Notes: a model not told the origin generated them from the sequence alone. Positions 12,385 through 25,679 are shown, counted from the stretch's first letter. The stretch: DNA of 64,000 nt from Felis catus (GCF_018350175.1 NC_058383.1:372001-436000), one strand, 5' to 3'. Made by a program: numbers and translations.

Positions 12385-13295
12385 TAGGGGCAAGATGTAA
12401 TTCACGTATCGTACGGTTCACTCACTTAAAGCCTACGACTCAGCAGCTTTTAGTGCATTCACAGAAATGAGCATCCATCACCACAATCCACTTCGGAACC
12501 TTTTGGTGACTTTAGGAAGAACCCCATGCAGTGTTGCCGTCAATGCCCGGGTCCCTCTTGCCCACCCTGTGGCCCAGACGCCACCAACCCATCTTCGGTC
12601 TCCGGGATTTACCAATTCTGGAGTTTCCTCCCAATAGAATCACACATAAACGTGACCAGCCTCTTTCGCCGAGCACCGCGTCCTCCGGGACGACCCAAAC
12701 TGTGGCAGGTGCCAGCGCCCCACTCCTTTCTGGGCCGAACGATAGTGCATCGTGGGGCTGGGCCACATTTTATTTGTACTTCCACCTGTTAATGGCATTG
12801 GGGCTAGTTGCAGTTTGGGGTTGTTGTGAATATTGCCGCCATGAATACTCATGGACAGGTTTTTGCGTGGACGTGTGTTTTCGTGTCTCTTGGGTCCACA
12901 CGTGGGAGCGGAGTTGCTGGATCTTCTAACAACTGAACTGACCTGTGGGAGAGACTGCCAGACTGTTTCCCACGGGAGCCGCTCCCCTCATGTCCGCGGC
13001 AACCCTGCATCCTGGCCAGTGGCCGTTATTATCTGTCTCTTAGATCCCGGCCCCCCTGCGGTGTGGTGTCTGTCTCCTAGTGGTTTAGCCCCGCGCTTTC
13101 CTGATGACTAATGATGTTGAGCGTCTTGACGCGTCCTTGTTGGCCGTTTGTGTATCTTTTCTGGAGGAATGTCTACTCAAATCTGCCATTTTCCAGGGGG
13201 GGTTGTCTCTTCATTAGGAAGCTGTAAGCATTCTCTATGTATTTTGAGCCCAAGACCCTCATCACGTGTGTGGTGTCCTTTGAAGCACGAGAGTT
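12385..13295 (-). mobile_element. Old L1M (L1MB-like) 3' fragment
   Basis: ttcactcacttaaagcctacgactcagcagcttttagtgcattcacaga...gatgactaatgatgttgagcgtctt...tgtctactcaaatc resemble L1M 3' UTR/ORF2 end. Confidence 0.7.
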
Positions 13296-13297
13296 TT

Positions 13298-13495
13298 CGT
13301 TTTTAAGTTTATTTAGCATTTTGAGAGACCGAGCGCACGCGCTAGGGAGGAGCAGACAGAAGGAGAGAGAATCCCAAGCAGGCTCCTCACGGTTAGCACA
13401 GAGACAGGCACGCGGCTCAAACTCACAAACCGTGAGGTCATGACCTGAGCCAAAAGCAGGAGTCGGACGACTGACAGAGCCCCCCAGGTGCCCCC
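13298..13495 (-). mobile_element. Can-SINE (SINEC_Fc-like, older), nested in an L1 relic
   Basis: T-rich tail, AG-rich tract, gaatcccaagcaggctcc...gtgaggtcatgacctgagcc...ccaggtgcccc. Confidence 0.85.
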
Positions 13496-14159
13496 TGCAG
13501 CCCAAGGCTTTTGTTCTGAGGGTGTTCTGTGTGTCTACTTGGTGGGGGCTGTGGCTGTGCTTTCAGCGTAGCATTTACGGGTGAATGTTGAGACAACACA
13601 TACGCTACGTCGGCGGTGAGCTGTGTGGCTGAGGTCTGCGAGGCCGATGTGTCCACAGAGCAAGCAGGCGTGGCCGCGGGCACCATGTGCCCCACAGGCG
13701 GCTGCAAGAAGCCGGTGGCTTGGCCACAGTGGGTGGACTCAGTTGGACGTTCCAGAGAGTACGGCTCGTGGCGACGGACTTCAACCTGCTTCTCGAAAAG
13801 GAGCCTTCCGGGCAGGCCCATGACACGGGCTGTGACCGCCCCCCAGCACAAACATTCACAGCCATCCCACACATGCCCACCGAGCCTCTGGGCCTGGCCT
13901 CGTGCCTCGGACCCACACTCTGTGCGGACTCCGCCGTCCCGCCACTCAGATGGGACAGAGAGCAGAGTGCTCCGGCAGTGCGGCCCCAGAATGGGGGCCT
14001 GGCTCACGGGTGGTGCCTGTGCACAAAGCGAATCAGGTGGGCAGACGGCGGCAGACGGGGGCAGACGGGGGCAGACAAGCTCCCCTCACCTCTGAGTATG
14101 ACCGGGGCTGGCTAGTGCAGGGCAGGCGGCTGGAGGGCTTTCAGAAGGGACCTCCTCTG

Positions 14160-14880
14160 TGGCCCACCCTGCTCCAGCATGACCTCCTATTAACCATCAT
14201 GTCCGCAGAGTCCCTACTTCCAAGTAAGGTCAGGTTTGTGGATCCCAGGGTCAGGACTCAGAACATTTGCGGGTCCCAGGGTCAGGATGCAGGAGGTTCC
14301 CGGGTCCCAGGGTCAGGACTAGTATGTTCGCGGGTCCCAAGATCAATATGCGGGAAGTTTGCGGGTCCCAGGGCCAGGATGCAAGAGTTTCGCGGGTCCC
14401 AGGATCAGGACTCAGAATGTTCGCGGTCCCAGGGCCAGGACGCGGGAGGTTCGCGGGTCCCAGGGTCAGGACTCAGAATGCCCGTGGGTCCCAGGGCCAG
14501 GACGCAGGAGGTTTGCGTGTCCCAGGACCAGGACGCGGGAGGTTCGCGGGTCCCAGGGCCAGGACACGGGAGGTTCGCGGGTCCCAGGGCCAGGACGCGG
14601 GAGGTTCGCGGGTCCCAGGGCCAGGACGCAAGAGGTTCGTGGGTCCCAGGGCCAGGACGCGGGAGGTTCGCGGGTCCCAGGGCCAGGACGCAAGAGGTTC
14701 GCGGGTCCCAGGGCCAGGACGCGGGAGGTTCGCGGGTCCCAGGGCCAGGACTCAGAACATTTGCGGGTCCCAGGGCCAGGACGCGGGAGGTTCGCGGGTC
14801 CCAGGGCCAGGACGCGGGAGGTTCTCAGGTTTCAGGGTTAGGACTTCAACATATCTTTTTGGGGCACAGTCCAACCCATT
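14160..14880. mobile_element. MLT1 (ERVL-MaLR, MLT1B/C-like) LTR end hosting the 31-bp array
   Basis: Left flank ggcccaccctgctccagcatgacctc...ccctacttccaagtaaggtca and right flank gggttaggacttcaacatatctttttggggcacagtccaaccca match contiguous parts of the recalled MLT1 consensus. Confidence 0.75.
14235..14852. repeat. 31-bp minisatellite, about 20 copies
   Basis: Unit GGGTCCCAGGGCCAGGACGCGGGAGGTTCGC and variant GGGTCCCAGGGTCAGGACTCAGAACATTTGC. Confidence 0.95.
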
Positions 14881-17800
14881 TGGGCACCCAGATAAGCACA
14901 ATCTCCTTGTTCACCAACAACACCTCTTCTCAGTGCCGTGGTTGACAAGGGTACTAAAGTCTTCATCCTCACTGTTCATCAATTTGCCCTCCAACCATCT
15001 TGGGACCTCATTTTCTATATGTTGAGAGATTAGATTAGACCAAGAGCAAATATTGTAAGTGTTTGTAAAACCCAATTCCTGCACATAGACAGCCATCCCT
15101 TGTCCTCCTGTGCATGGAACCCTATGCTGCTGTGCCCATGCTTGTGTTTTTGGAGGACCCTGTTTTGGGGGTACGGAATGAAGTGCTTGGTCACAGGCTG
15201 GGGCTGTGTTTGGCTGTAAGAGGTCCTGCCAGAGCCATCCGGAGGCCATACAGCGGTCTATAACCCAGGGCGAGGTTCCCAGGGTGGAGCCTGTTGCCTG
15301 GGCTGGAATCCGATGTCTCTGCTCGCTGTGGGGGCTGTGCTGGGGACTAACGGGCAGGCGAGAGGTTGTCCACACGGCCTGGAGAGGTCACAGGCAGTGA
15401 ACGTGTTGAGCCCAAGGTCTGGGCCTCGGGTCCCTGCTCCCCTTGCCGAGGAGGGCTGGAGGCTCCCTGGGTTTGGGAGAGTCAATGGAGAGCATCGGGG
15501 CCAACTGTGCGCACACAGCCCTGTGACACTCGTCGGTGGTGACCGCCCCTGTGCGGGGGGAGCACGCACCTGCTTCTCTTCCCCCTTCGCTTTCGTGTCT
15601 CCACGTGGATGCAGAAAGAACGTGTCCAAGGCTGCCGTGTGGGTTCTGACCCTCGGACTTCCTCCTCTTTGCACACCTATCAGGGTTGTTCGGTCGCTGC
15701 TCTGGCCAGTGAAGGAGCAGGTGATGGATAGCTGACAGCTTTGTCACTCGCACCAAGTCCTTTGACCTTTCCAACCACAGAAGTAGGCTTTATTTGTATC
15801 GCCAACTCCCCCTCAAGGAGGAGGAAACTGAGGATCCAGAGGGTTTAAATATCAACGGGGGGAGGGCAGCCGGCCAGGGCTGTGGCCCAGGCTCCCGGAT
15901 GCCAGGTCCCGGCCCTTCAAGCGTCATCAGGCTGAGGCAGGGCTGTGGTGGGACCCACCTTGCTGGGGCTGGGGTCGGCTACGTCTCCCAGCCGGCGCAT
16001 GATGAAGAGGCCTAAATACTCCGATTCGCCTCCTGTTTGCTGTTTATCTGTGTTTATGGAGCACAGGGAAGGGCCTCCAGTGCAGCATGTCTTGTCTGCC
16101 TTGAGTTACCTGTTCTCTGCATGGCCAAGCCTTGGCCCAGTGGCTGGAGGCCTCCACCGCGTGTCCTGTGGGTGCTGTAGGGCTTGCAGACTGGCCATCT
16201 GCTTGTCTCTGCAAAGAATGGAAACGTGTGCGTGCGTGTGTGTGTGTGTAACCCAGAGAAACCGTCCTCAAACGGCTGTTTGAGGCCCAGGAATTCCGAG
16301 CAGTCGAGATGCATGCACAGAGGCAGCTGCACAAGAATGTTCCGGCTGAGGCAGTATCTCTACACGCAGAGCCCCGAGCCTCCCTCCCGCTCTGACCAAG
16401 CGTGGTCCACCAGGCAGAGTGTATCCTGAGAGCAGGAGGCACCAGCGGGCGAGCAGAGTCCCCTCTGTGATTATGACCTTGGTCTGAAGGCCCGCTCCCC
16501 GTGACCTTGGCCCTGCCCTGGGCGCAGGGCAGCTGCCTCCCCCACGAGCTGAGGGCCCAAGAGGCTGTGGGGCCACGCCGGGAGCCACACGCTGGAGACC
16601 ACTGAGCGACCACCACCCCCCATTAACCTGCAGGCCCCCCACATGGCCAGTGTCTGACCAGGGCCAAACTCCCAGACAGGCACCCACCTCAGGGACATTT
16701 TCCTGAACTCTGGGTCGGCCCTGAGCAGCCCCTGGCCCTCACTGGGCCCCCGTCTGGATGTGGGGTGAGGCCCCCAGAGAGCCTGAGCTCCTCAGCCGGC
16801 AGGGGTGCCCTGCCTTGGGGCCGCTGTGGGGCAGGAATTTCCTGAAGTGATGTCCATGTGGCGGCTGCCTGATGCAGAGAGGCAGCTGGGAGCTGCTGGC
16901 TTTCCCCTGTCCCACAGGCCTGTGCAGGCAGGGAGGCTGCGGTAGGCTGTCCGTGGTCCCCACCGGGCAGTGCCGAGGCTGACCCTACTCGGGCCACAGG
17001 CTTCCTCCATGCACGCTGCTGTCCTGAGGCCCAGAGGTGACCTGGGAGGGCTCTGGTGGGCAGGTGAGACACTGCTGGCATCCAACACAGTCAAAACCCA
17101 GAGACCCGAGGGTGGCCACGGGGCTGTGTGAACAGCAGGTGCGGTTCTGATCCTAGGAGAACCTGTGGTCTTGTCCCGTCCTGTGCTCACTGTGCTGGGC
17201 GCCTGGCATGGGGCCAGAACAGCTCCCAGGGGTGAGAGCTCAGCTTGGCTTATGGACGGACCTGGGCACAGACCCACGCAGGACCACTGACGAGGCCGTA
17301 CAGGGTGGGAGGGCAAGAAAGGAGGAGTCTTGGCTGCCAAACAACCTTGGGAGGAGAACTTCGAGCTGGGTTTTGCAGGGTGAATAGGAGTTCTTCCTGG
17401 GTGCGGAAGGACTTCGAGGCACTGCCTTACATACTAAGGCTTGGGGAAATAAAAAGATTCTGAGGACCAGTGAGCGGGCGCTTAGCGGAGTTTCCAAGGA
17501 TTTGTCATTCTCTTGATAAATAATTCATATTTTCTCTCCACCGGTGCCCTGACCCGGGCCCCTAAGGCAAACTGATTGCCCAATAGCCAGCCACTGGGTG
17601 TGGAGCCAGCAGAGGCCTGGGCCTGACCGGAGGTGAACAAGGACCGCTTTGTGTCTATGCTTAGCTTGGGCCAATCTGCGAGCCCGCTTCCCACCCTCCT
17701 CCTGACTGGCTTCCAGGAGCGCCAGCACCCTCCCCCGTGGGCAGCCCAGCCAGCTTCGCGGGTCAGACCGTGACCCACCCCCCCCAGAAGCTGCTAGAGC

Positions 17801-19200
17801 CCCTGTCTCTGCTGTAGACCGCTTATGAGTCCTGGTGATTGGGCCCATCCTTGTTCTGCACCCCCACTGCCCTGGCTTACGGCCGACTTACTAGCAATAA
17901 GGTCCAGCCCAAGTTCTAGTGGGGAGGACACGAACGTTTCAGAGGCCACATCGTCCCGAGAGGGTTCCGGCTGAGCAACGCGGCAGAGACGATTTGGCGA
18001 CAGGCCTCTCCCCTGCTGTGTGTAGGTTCCTCCCCCCGGGGAACTGGCAGAGCGTCGCCCGCATGCAGGTGCGGCTCCGGGCCACGTGGCAGTAGGGGGT
18101 GTGTAAGCCGTAAGGCGAGCACCAGACACGTGAAGGTCTAGGACAGAACATTCTAGCAACGGGCCACCTGTGGTCCCGTCTGAGGCCGGTGGCCCACACG
18201 GGTATGGAGAGGCCAGGGCAGGGCAGGGTAGGCTGAAGACCCAAGCAGGCACGCCCTGCTGGCCTCCCTGTGACAGGAGCCGACTGCGGCTTTGCGCACG
18301 GGGTAGTGTGGTGCTGCCTCAGGGCACCGGGACTCCCTGCCGACCCTCAAGAGCACCCCGACGAGAAAGCGAGGTTTTACGGCGGTCAGCTCATTTCCCG
18401 TGGGGCTCCCTGAGTGCCACAGCTGGGGAAGCGGGACAGGAGAAGAGCCCACGGGCAGTGGGGCAGGTGCATCACGGGGCTTAGCCAGGAGCAGCCTTCT
18501 CCACACGGCTGGGGATGGGGCAGATCTTGTGATCTGAGCTTCAGCAGACGAGAAGGCGTTGGCCAACAGAGGCACCGCAGGAGGACGATTCGGGGTGGCT
18601 GGGACCCAGGGTGTGTGGGGGGACTCTGGGCACCGGGGCCGGGACTTCAGTGGATGTGCTGTGATGGGGGCAGTGCTACAATCTGATCCGCTTCTGAGGA
18701 AGCTCCCAGACCAATGTGGGCAGGTGTGGAGGACGTCCCTGAGAGCACGGGGCAGCGGGGTCTAGGGTCCCGGCAGTGAGGAAGGAGGGAGGCGAGGGTC
18801 CCAGCCGCGCACTGCTGGACGTCTCCAGAGCAGCCTGCTGACGGCATCGGCCTCCCCCCAGGGCCCGAGTCCTGGGAACCCACAAGAGACCAGGTGTGCC
18901 TGTGTACATGTGTGTGTGCACGCAGGCAAGTGGGCACATGGGGAGTCAGGACCAGCACCGTCCCCCCACCAGAGCTCAGCGGGCGTGGGACCCGCTCCTC
19001 TCTGGCTGGTTCCGGGCTGTCAGCTCCCACTGGAGCAGCGACCAGGCTCCCACATAGACTGTGCGGCATATTGCCACTGTGGGGCTCAGCCATCAGGTGG
19101 GAGAACTAACGAGCATCTCGTTGTCAGGAGGACGAGCCCGCTGAGGACTCACCCTTGCAGGTACCCCTCCTCCCAAAGCCACACAAACATCCGCGGCTCG

Positions 19201-19342
19201 CCCGTCGCAGTGCCGGGGACTGGCATCTATCTAACCGTTCCCTGCTGGCCCGTCGCAGGGCCAGGGATCGGCGTCTATCTAACCATTCCCTGCTGGCCCG
19301 TCGCAGTGCCGGGGATCGGCATCTATCTAACCGTTCCCTGCT
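19201..19342. repeat. 48-bp tandem repeat, 3 copies
   Basis: cccgtcgcag starts at 19201, 19249 and 19297; the unit includes tctatctaaccgttccctgct. Confidence 0.92.
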
Positions 19343-20636
19343 CACCGGTCACAATGACAGGGATTGGGGTGTAACCGCTATCTGCTGTCCCACTAGACTA
19401 GGAGCTCCACGGGGCGCGCCCCAGGTCATTTTCCTCAACTCTGTATCTGCAGTCCCAGCTGCATAGTAGGTGCACAGAATGAGTGAGTGAAGTAGAGTGA
19501 ACGAGTGACTAAACAGACTCCGAGGGGCTTTAATGTGTGTAACCCACCAGCCAGGGGCATGCGGGCTCCTGAGGGTTCAGAGCAGCACCTGGCGTCTGGG
19601 TCGCCAGACGGGCCACAGTGGTGCCCGCTCAAAGGAGCAGGACCCCAGCAGGCTGTGCGGGCCGCTGCAGGTGCGCACACAGGGCTCCCAGAGGCTCAGA
19701 GGCCAGGTGCTCCAGACCCCAGGGCAGGGGAGGTCCACAAGGTGGGGTGTGCACTGGTCCCTGCAGCGACCTGCAGGCAGGGTCGGGCACGTGGGGTTCT
19801 TCGGCTGCGATGCCGCGTCCCCCTGGGGGCCTTCGGCTGTGTCCCGAGCACGCAGCCCGCGTGCCTCCCGAGGCTCTGGGAGGGACAAGCCAATTCCACG
19901 TGTCACACGGCCATTAACCTCACGGGCCCCCTGCTGTGTGGCACACGGGCCGTCCCCAGCTTTGTGGGTTATTTTCAGAGTCAGAACAAAAATGGACCCT
20001 ATTAACTGAAAACCAAATAAGCAACACCCGAACCTGGCTTTGGAGAGACTCTCCTGGGTCTTCCCAGGCATCTCCGGACAGCCCTGCCAGCCCCCAGGAG
20101 GCCGGGCTGCTGGGACCCCGGTGGCCCAGAGCGGCTGGCGTCTGCCCCGGGCTCCCTGCCCTGCAGCACCATCCGAGTAAGCTGCTCACACTGAGCTCCG
20201 CCACACTGAGAGCGCGTCGGACTCAATCAGCTCGAGGAGACACGGCAGGACAGGCACCCTTGGGGACAAAGTGGGGCTCCGGACCTGCAGGGTCTGCGGC
20301 CGGGAGCACTGCGCGGGGCCTTGGAGAAGGGTTTCCTCCCTCCCCGACCCCAGCTGCCCCCGAGCCCCCCACGGACTGACCACCAGCCACGACGGCATTA
20401 ATTCAGGTTGACCGCAGAAGTTAACCGTCTTCTCCTCCTTTTACTTGGCACCCCGGAATCCCTCTGCTTAGCAAGATAAAAAGGAAAGGAAATCGTTCAC
20501 AATTCTAAACCGGTTGCAAGAGTCCGGCAGGAAAAGGAATAAACGGGAAAAACTGAGCAAAACCTTCAGGGAGTGTGGTTCCGAGCCGGCACCTGCTTTG
20601 CCCCCGCTGTGCGGAGGGGGAAGCTGAGGTCCGTGG

Positions 20637-20776
20637 GGGGAGCCGCCGTGGGGCACCTGGCTCACACTGTGGCGTGCGTGTCCTTGGAGGGATCTGAGGA
20701 AGGTGAGGGGAGCCGCCGTGGGGGACCTGGCTCACACTGTGGCGTGCGTGTCCTTGGAGGGACCTGAGGAAGGTGA
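20637..20776. repeat. 70-bp tandem duplication, 2 near-identical copies
   Basis: agccgccgtgggg...ctcacactgtggcgtgcgtgtccttggaggga..tgaggaaggtga at 20641 and 20711. Confidence 0.92.
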
Positions 20777-22532
20777 CCCCCTTTGTTTGAAGGCAAACAA
20801 GCAAGTCCTTTTTTGCCCCAAAATGTTCTCCCAAACAGCAATAGCGACAGTGTCTTTTTGTGCTTTTCTCCGGCTATCACGGTCCCGGGGTGCCTGTCGG
20901 CGTGCGGGCCACGACTCTAATTGTCTCAGAAGAGGGGAGACTAGCAGGAGGGAAGGAAAACAGGTCTCCGTTCCCTCGTGCTGGGGAGGAAACGGAGGCC
21001 GGCACTTCTCTCGTCTGCCTGTTTTCATTCCTCGGAAGGGAATTCTGCAGACTCTGGGTCTCCTTAAACAAGCCTTGGAGAACAAGCTGGAATACAGCCC
21101 CCCCCCCCCCCCCCCGCCGCCATCTAGAGTAGTTTGTTTTTCCGACCGGAGAGAAAACAGCATCACAGCAGTCACGTTGGTGCTGAACGTTCAGGCCCCT
21201 CAGGAGACGGGACACAGTGGCATCTCGTCTGTTACCTTGAAAAGAACGGCGAAGCACAGAGGTTTCACTGCGCAAGGACGCGCACGCCTGGGGAAAGTCC
21301 TACGACCGCACAGGTCCCTCCCTGGACGCGCTCACCCTAGACCCAGGCACTTGGCCAACCGTCTCATATCCAGACGGGACCAGAGCCGGGTGACTGAGCA
21401 GCAGGGGGCACAGCCAGGCCCACGGCCCCGCTCCCGCTGCACCCCAAGCGCCCTCCCTGCCAGGCCCCGCAAAGGCCAGTCCGCTGGCCTGTCTTCACGT
21501 CTGGGTTAGAAGCTCTTGTAACCTTCACACCTCCAAGTTCTTGTGGGACAGGCATGCTTCCCAGGGCTAAGGGCACCTGAGTACGTCTTCTGCTCGGCAC
21601 ACTTTATGCAGGGCCCCCCTCCCCCCATGACGAGTCTGCACTGGGGCCTCCCCAGTCTTCCCAGGCCTGCTGCCGCCCTCGCTCTCAAGGGTTCTCTGGC
21701 GTCCACACCTGCAGGTGTGGTGAGCAGGGACAGGCTTAGTGGGCACCGGCTGGGGTGGCAGCCAAGCCCCGGGGGCCATGTCCCCTCTGCAGCCACTGAG
21801 GGCCTCGAACTTGCCATTGTAGCTCAAACAACACGGGTCAGACATCCATCACTAAAGACCGGCCGGCGTGTTTGACCAAGTAGGCCCCCCACACTCACAT
21901 GGCACCAGGGCAGGTGACAGCCACCAAAAGTAACAAGAAATACTGACAGTGGGTTATAGGGCTGAAAGGTCACGGTGAAGTCAGCTGCCAGGGAGAGGCC
22001 CTCCTCTCTCCTTCTAGAACCTCCGCCATCCGAAAACCTGATATTAAACGGCTTAATATATCTCTTTAATGACAAGGTGGCTGTTTTCTGCTGTGTGAGT
22101 GATGGGAAGATTATCCAGGATAGAAAGGCTAATTTTTGCTTCTGTGCCTTCATTTGGTGAGTCAGGGACCCGCTGTGTGTTTAGAAGAAGGGAAAGCGTT
22201 CACCTTATCTGGTGTTTTGCCTCCTGAGATGATCCTGGAAATGGGAACCAGGGCCCGTCCCTTCTGTGACATCTGCCCCCAGGGTATCAGCCCCCGGGCA
22301 CGGAGACCTGGAGATGAGGGGGGGGGGTCACCCTGGATTAGCCAGGTAGGCCCTGAATGCAGCCTCAGGTGTCCTCGTAAGAGGGAAGAGGAACCAGAGA
22401 AAGTGATGGGACCGCCCTAGCGAAACTGCTTACGTGGTCAGGTGACAGGCTGATTTGTCGCACGGGCTGGAGCTGGCCAACTCTTACCTCGGCATGTGAG
22501 TGGGGCCGAGTCTGTTCGTTAGAGAAGACGGT

Positions 22533-22729
22533 GGGGCCACCTGGGTGGCTCAGTTGGTTGAGCGTCCAACTCTTGATTTCAGCTCAGGTCATGACCTCAC
22601 AGTTGTGAGATCGAGCCCCGAGTCTGGCTGGGCATGGAACCTGCTTGGGATTCTCTCTCCCCCCCCCCACCCCCGTCCCTCCCCTACTTGTACATGCACT
22701 CTCTTTCCCTCTGAAAAAAAAAAAAAAAG
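22533..22729 (+). mobile_element. Can-SINE (SINEC_Fc2/3-like)
   Basis: ggggccacctgggtggctcagttggttgagcgtcc head, CT-rich tract and A tail; degenerate TSD aagacggt/aagatggt. Confidence 0.9.
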
Positions 22730-24634
22730 TAAAGATGGTCAAGGACCAGAGCACTGGGGACAAGAGCAAGTGCAAAGGGCCTGCGGCAGCAACACACAGA
22801 CTCCACCAAGTTCTGCCCGTTCACAGCGCGACGGACAGATGATGAGAAGTGGTACTGGGGTGGCAGCAGGGCCGCATGGTGATACGGGGTCCGTTGGGAG
22901 TGCCGCGGGGGGCCCTGGGGGCACGAGGTGGTGCCGATCACACACCCTGGGTGGGATCCCCTCGGGCGCAAGGTCCCAGAGGGAGCCGCGCGGGCGGCCA
23001 CACTGCACATCCCCGGCCGGTGAGGGTGTTGGTGGAGAGCCCGGGATCGGCTAGGTCACCAGCCTGTTCACGCGACAGGCCGAGCAGGGAGCCCGGCGGC
23101 CCTGGCAGGCTGTGGGCATGCGGCGGCGGGGACGAGCGCGTCTCCAGCCACATGGTTGTGCAGGGACATCTGTGGGTGCGCCTCCTGGCGGTCTCTCCCA
23201 CGGCCTCTAAGCTGGCGTCTTCCCTCTGCTCCCGTCCAGCAGGCTCGGGCGGTGTGGCCGTGCCTCTCCTTCACACACGAAAGGTTTTTATGTGGCTGTC
23301 TCTGGGCCTCAGTTTCCCACCTGCACTCAGGGATCTTGGGGTGTGGGGGGGGGGGCCTTAGCTCTGACCAGGATGCCTGAAACCGCTGTGTGACGGCTAT
23401 CTGGGCCCCTCCTGGGTCCCCTTCTCCGGAGTCCGACCTCACAGGGTGCTGTCGGTTCCATTCTGGCTCTCGCGCCCCACTCGGCCGGCCTCGGCCCCGT
23501 ATTCGCCGCGTGGAACCTGCTGACCCGGCAGAGGCGTTTCGCTCCCCCGAGCGGGACTGGATGCTTCCTCCCCTCTGCGTAAGCCCAGCAGCGTGGCAGC
23601 AGGGGTGGAAAGGACCACGGAGGCGTCACCTCCGAGCGGCCTCACCTGCCACACTGCTCCGAGGGGGCGGCGGGCTCCCCTGTTCCCCAGCAGCCCGGCG
23701 TGGGTGGGGGTCGGGGCAGACAGACCCTTCTCCGCCAGCTGTTCTCCTCAGGAGTCAGTGGAGAGAACGCGTCCCCGCCCAGTCCTCACCCAGCCTGCGC
23801 ATCGGAGGCGCACTGGGTTGAAGCAGGGCGGTGGACCTGAGCACAGGGCCTTCCTGTGGCAGCTGAGACCTCGCTGGCTGGCTGCACTTGGCTGTGGATG
23901 GGGACCCTTCCCAGGCGGTCGTCAAGGTGTGGGGAGTGAATCCACGCAAAGTGCTCAGCAAGATGTTCGGCTCACAGTAAGAGCCGGGTGTCTGTTGGCT
24001 TTTCTTCCCCCACAGGCTTTGGTTGAAAGCTGCCAATTTCCTGTATTTTTAACCAAGCACAAGATTTCTGTTTTCCCACAACTTAAGGAACACTGAGATG
24101 TTAATAGTGACGGTGGGAACTGGGTCAGGGGGCGTGAGTGCAGAGGAGGACGTGAGTGGTCGTCACGGTTGCTGGAGTCCCGCCCGGGGAGCCTGGCCCT
24201 GACTCAGCTCCAGGCCCGTGGGGTGTCCTAGCCCCCAGGGGTGGTTCTGATCCGGGAGAAAACACAGACGTACAGGGCCGGCTGGAGCCATGTCTGACTT
24301 TGGGGGCCCCTGAAGAGAACCCAGGACCTGCCATTTCTAGCCGTGTGATTCGGCACATGCCTCTTCCGTTTCCTGACCTCAGACTTCCTTGTCATTGAAG
24401 GGGGGACAGGGACCAAAGCCTCGGAGGCTCATGTGATTCTTACCGGATTCTGCCTCTTTGGCTTCTGTGAAAACAGAGGTGCCTTCTTCTCAAAATGCTC
24501 TGCATCAGGTCTTAAAAGTCTAATGAAGGGAGCCGTGATGGCAGGACCAGATCTGAGGAAGGAGGCCGCATTCCACAGCCTCCCCGAAGCTGCTACGTCA
24601 CCGTGTCCCCCTACCACTCTGGTGTTGCCAAAGG

Positions 24635-25050
24635 TTCTATATTCCTTGCCTGTGCAGCTGGTGCAGACGACCTCACAGTTAGCGGCTTAAAGCAACACGA
24701 ACGTGTTCTCGCACAGTTTGGGGGGTCAGCAATCTAAAAGGGACCTGCAGGCTGTTCCTTCTACAGGCCCTCGGAGAGAACGTGTTTCCTTGCCGAGGAA
24801 TGCAGGTGGCCTCCAGAAACTGGAGGAGGTGAGAAAACAGATCCTCTCCCCGAGGCTCCCTCTTGGAAGCTACCATGTGGCCTCTTCTGCAGTCAGATCT
24901 CCTTCTGTCTCCTTCTCATAAGGACCCTGGGGATGGCATACAGAATAATCTCCCCATCTCAAGGTCCCCAACTTAATCATAACTGCAAAGTCCCTTTTGC
25001 CGTGTACGGAGATTCAGACCACAGACTTTCTGGGAGAGGCCAACATAGTA
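24635..25050. mobile_element. MLT1D/E-like MaLR LTR, rearranged
   Basis: gcggcttaaagcaacacga...ctcgcacagtt...ataatctccccatctcaaggtcc...taatcataactgcaaagtcccttttgcc. Confidence 0.75.
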
Positions 25051-25679
25051 GTCATTCTCACTGTAGTATAAAGTGCTTCCTTCCGAGCTAAGGGAAGCAA
25101 GTCCCTCTACGGGAAGGGATTTGGTGTGGTCAGCTCCAGAGAGGAAGGACAGAGGGAATGGGAAAGTGTAGCCCCCAAAACTGGTCCTGAGCAGCCCCTT
25201 GCCACAGTTTAGCCGGCTTGGGCTTAAAGGTGTCAGGGTGCTCGGGGCACCCCCGGGGGCTGCCCTGGGACCAGCCCGTTCCCTTCCCCGGGATCCGGGC
25301 CTCCTGAATGCACCAGGCTCTGCCCTTCTTCCCACCCTGACCCTCGGTTGCTGATGCCAAGGACTGACTGCACCTGATCCCTCAGCTGCTGTTTTCCGAG
25401 GGAAGTCAGCCATACACCTTTCCACTTCCCTGCCCGCTCAGCCCTGCCAGAGGCCGGGTGGGGGTGGGGGTGGGGGTGGGGCCCCCCCGAGGCCGGGTGG
25501 GGCCCACCCTGACCTCGAGGCCCATCAGGGTGGGGCTCTGAGGCTCCGACTGCTCCCGTGTCGGGGGCAGTGACCCCGTGGGGAGCGGGGGTTAGGGGGT
25601 GGCCAGACTAGGAGGCTCCTCCCATCCCTGAGCCCCTCGGAGCGCCTGCCACCCAGCCCTGCCCGCTCAGTCACCAGGA

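Noticed and set aside
13902..15025. 347-, 252- and 160-aa ORFs
   Set aside because: Read-through of the 31-bp repeat in all three frames.
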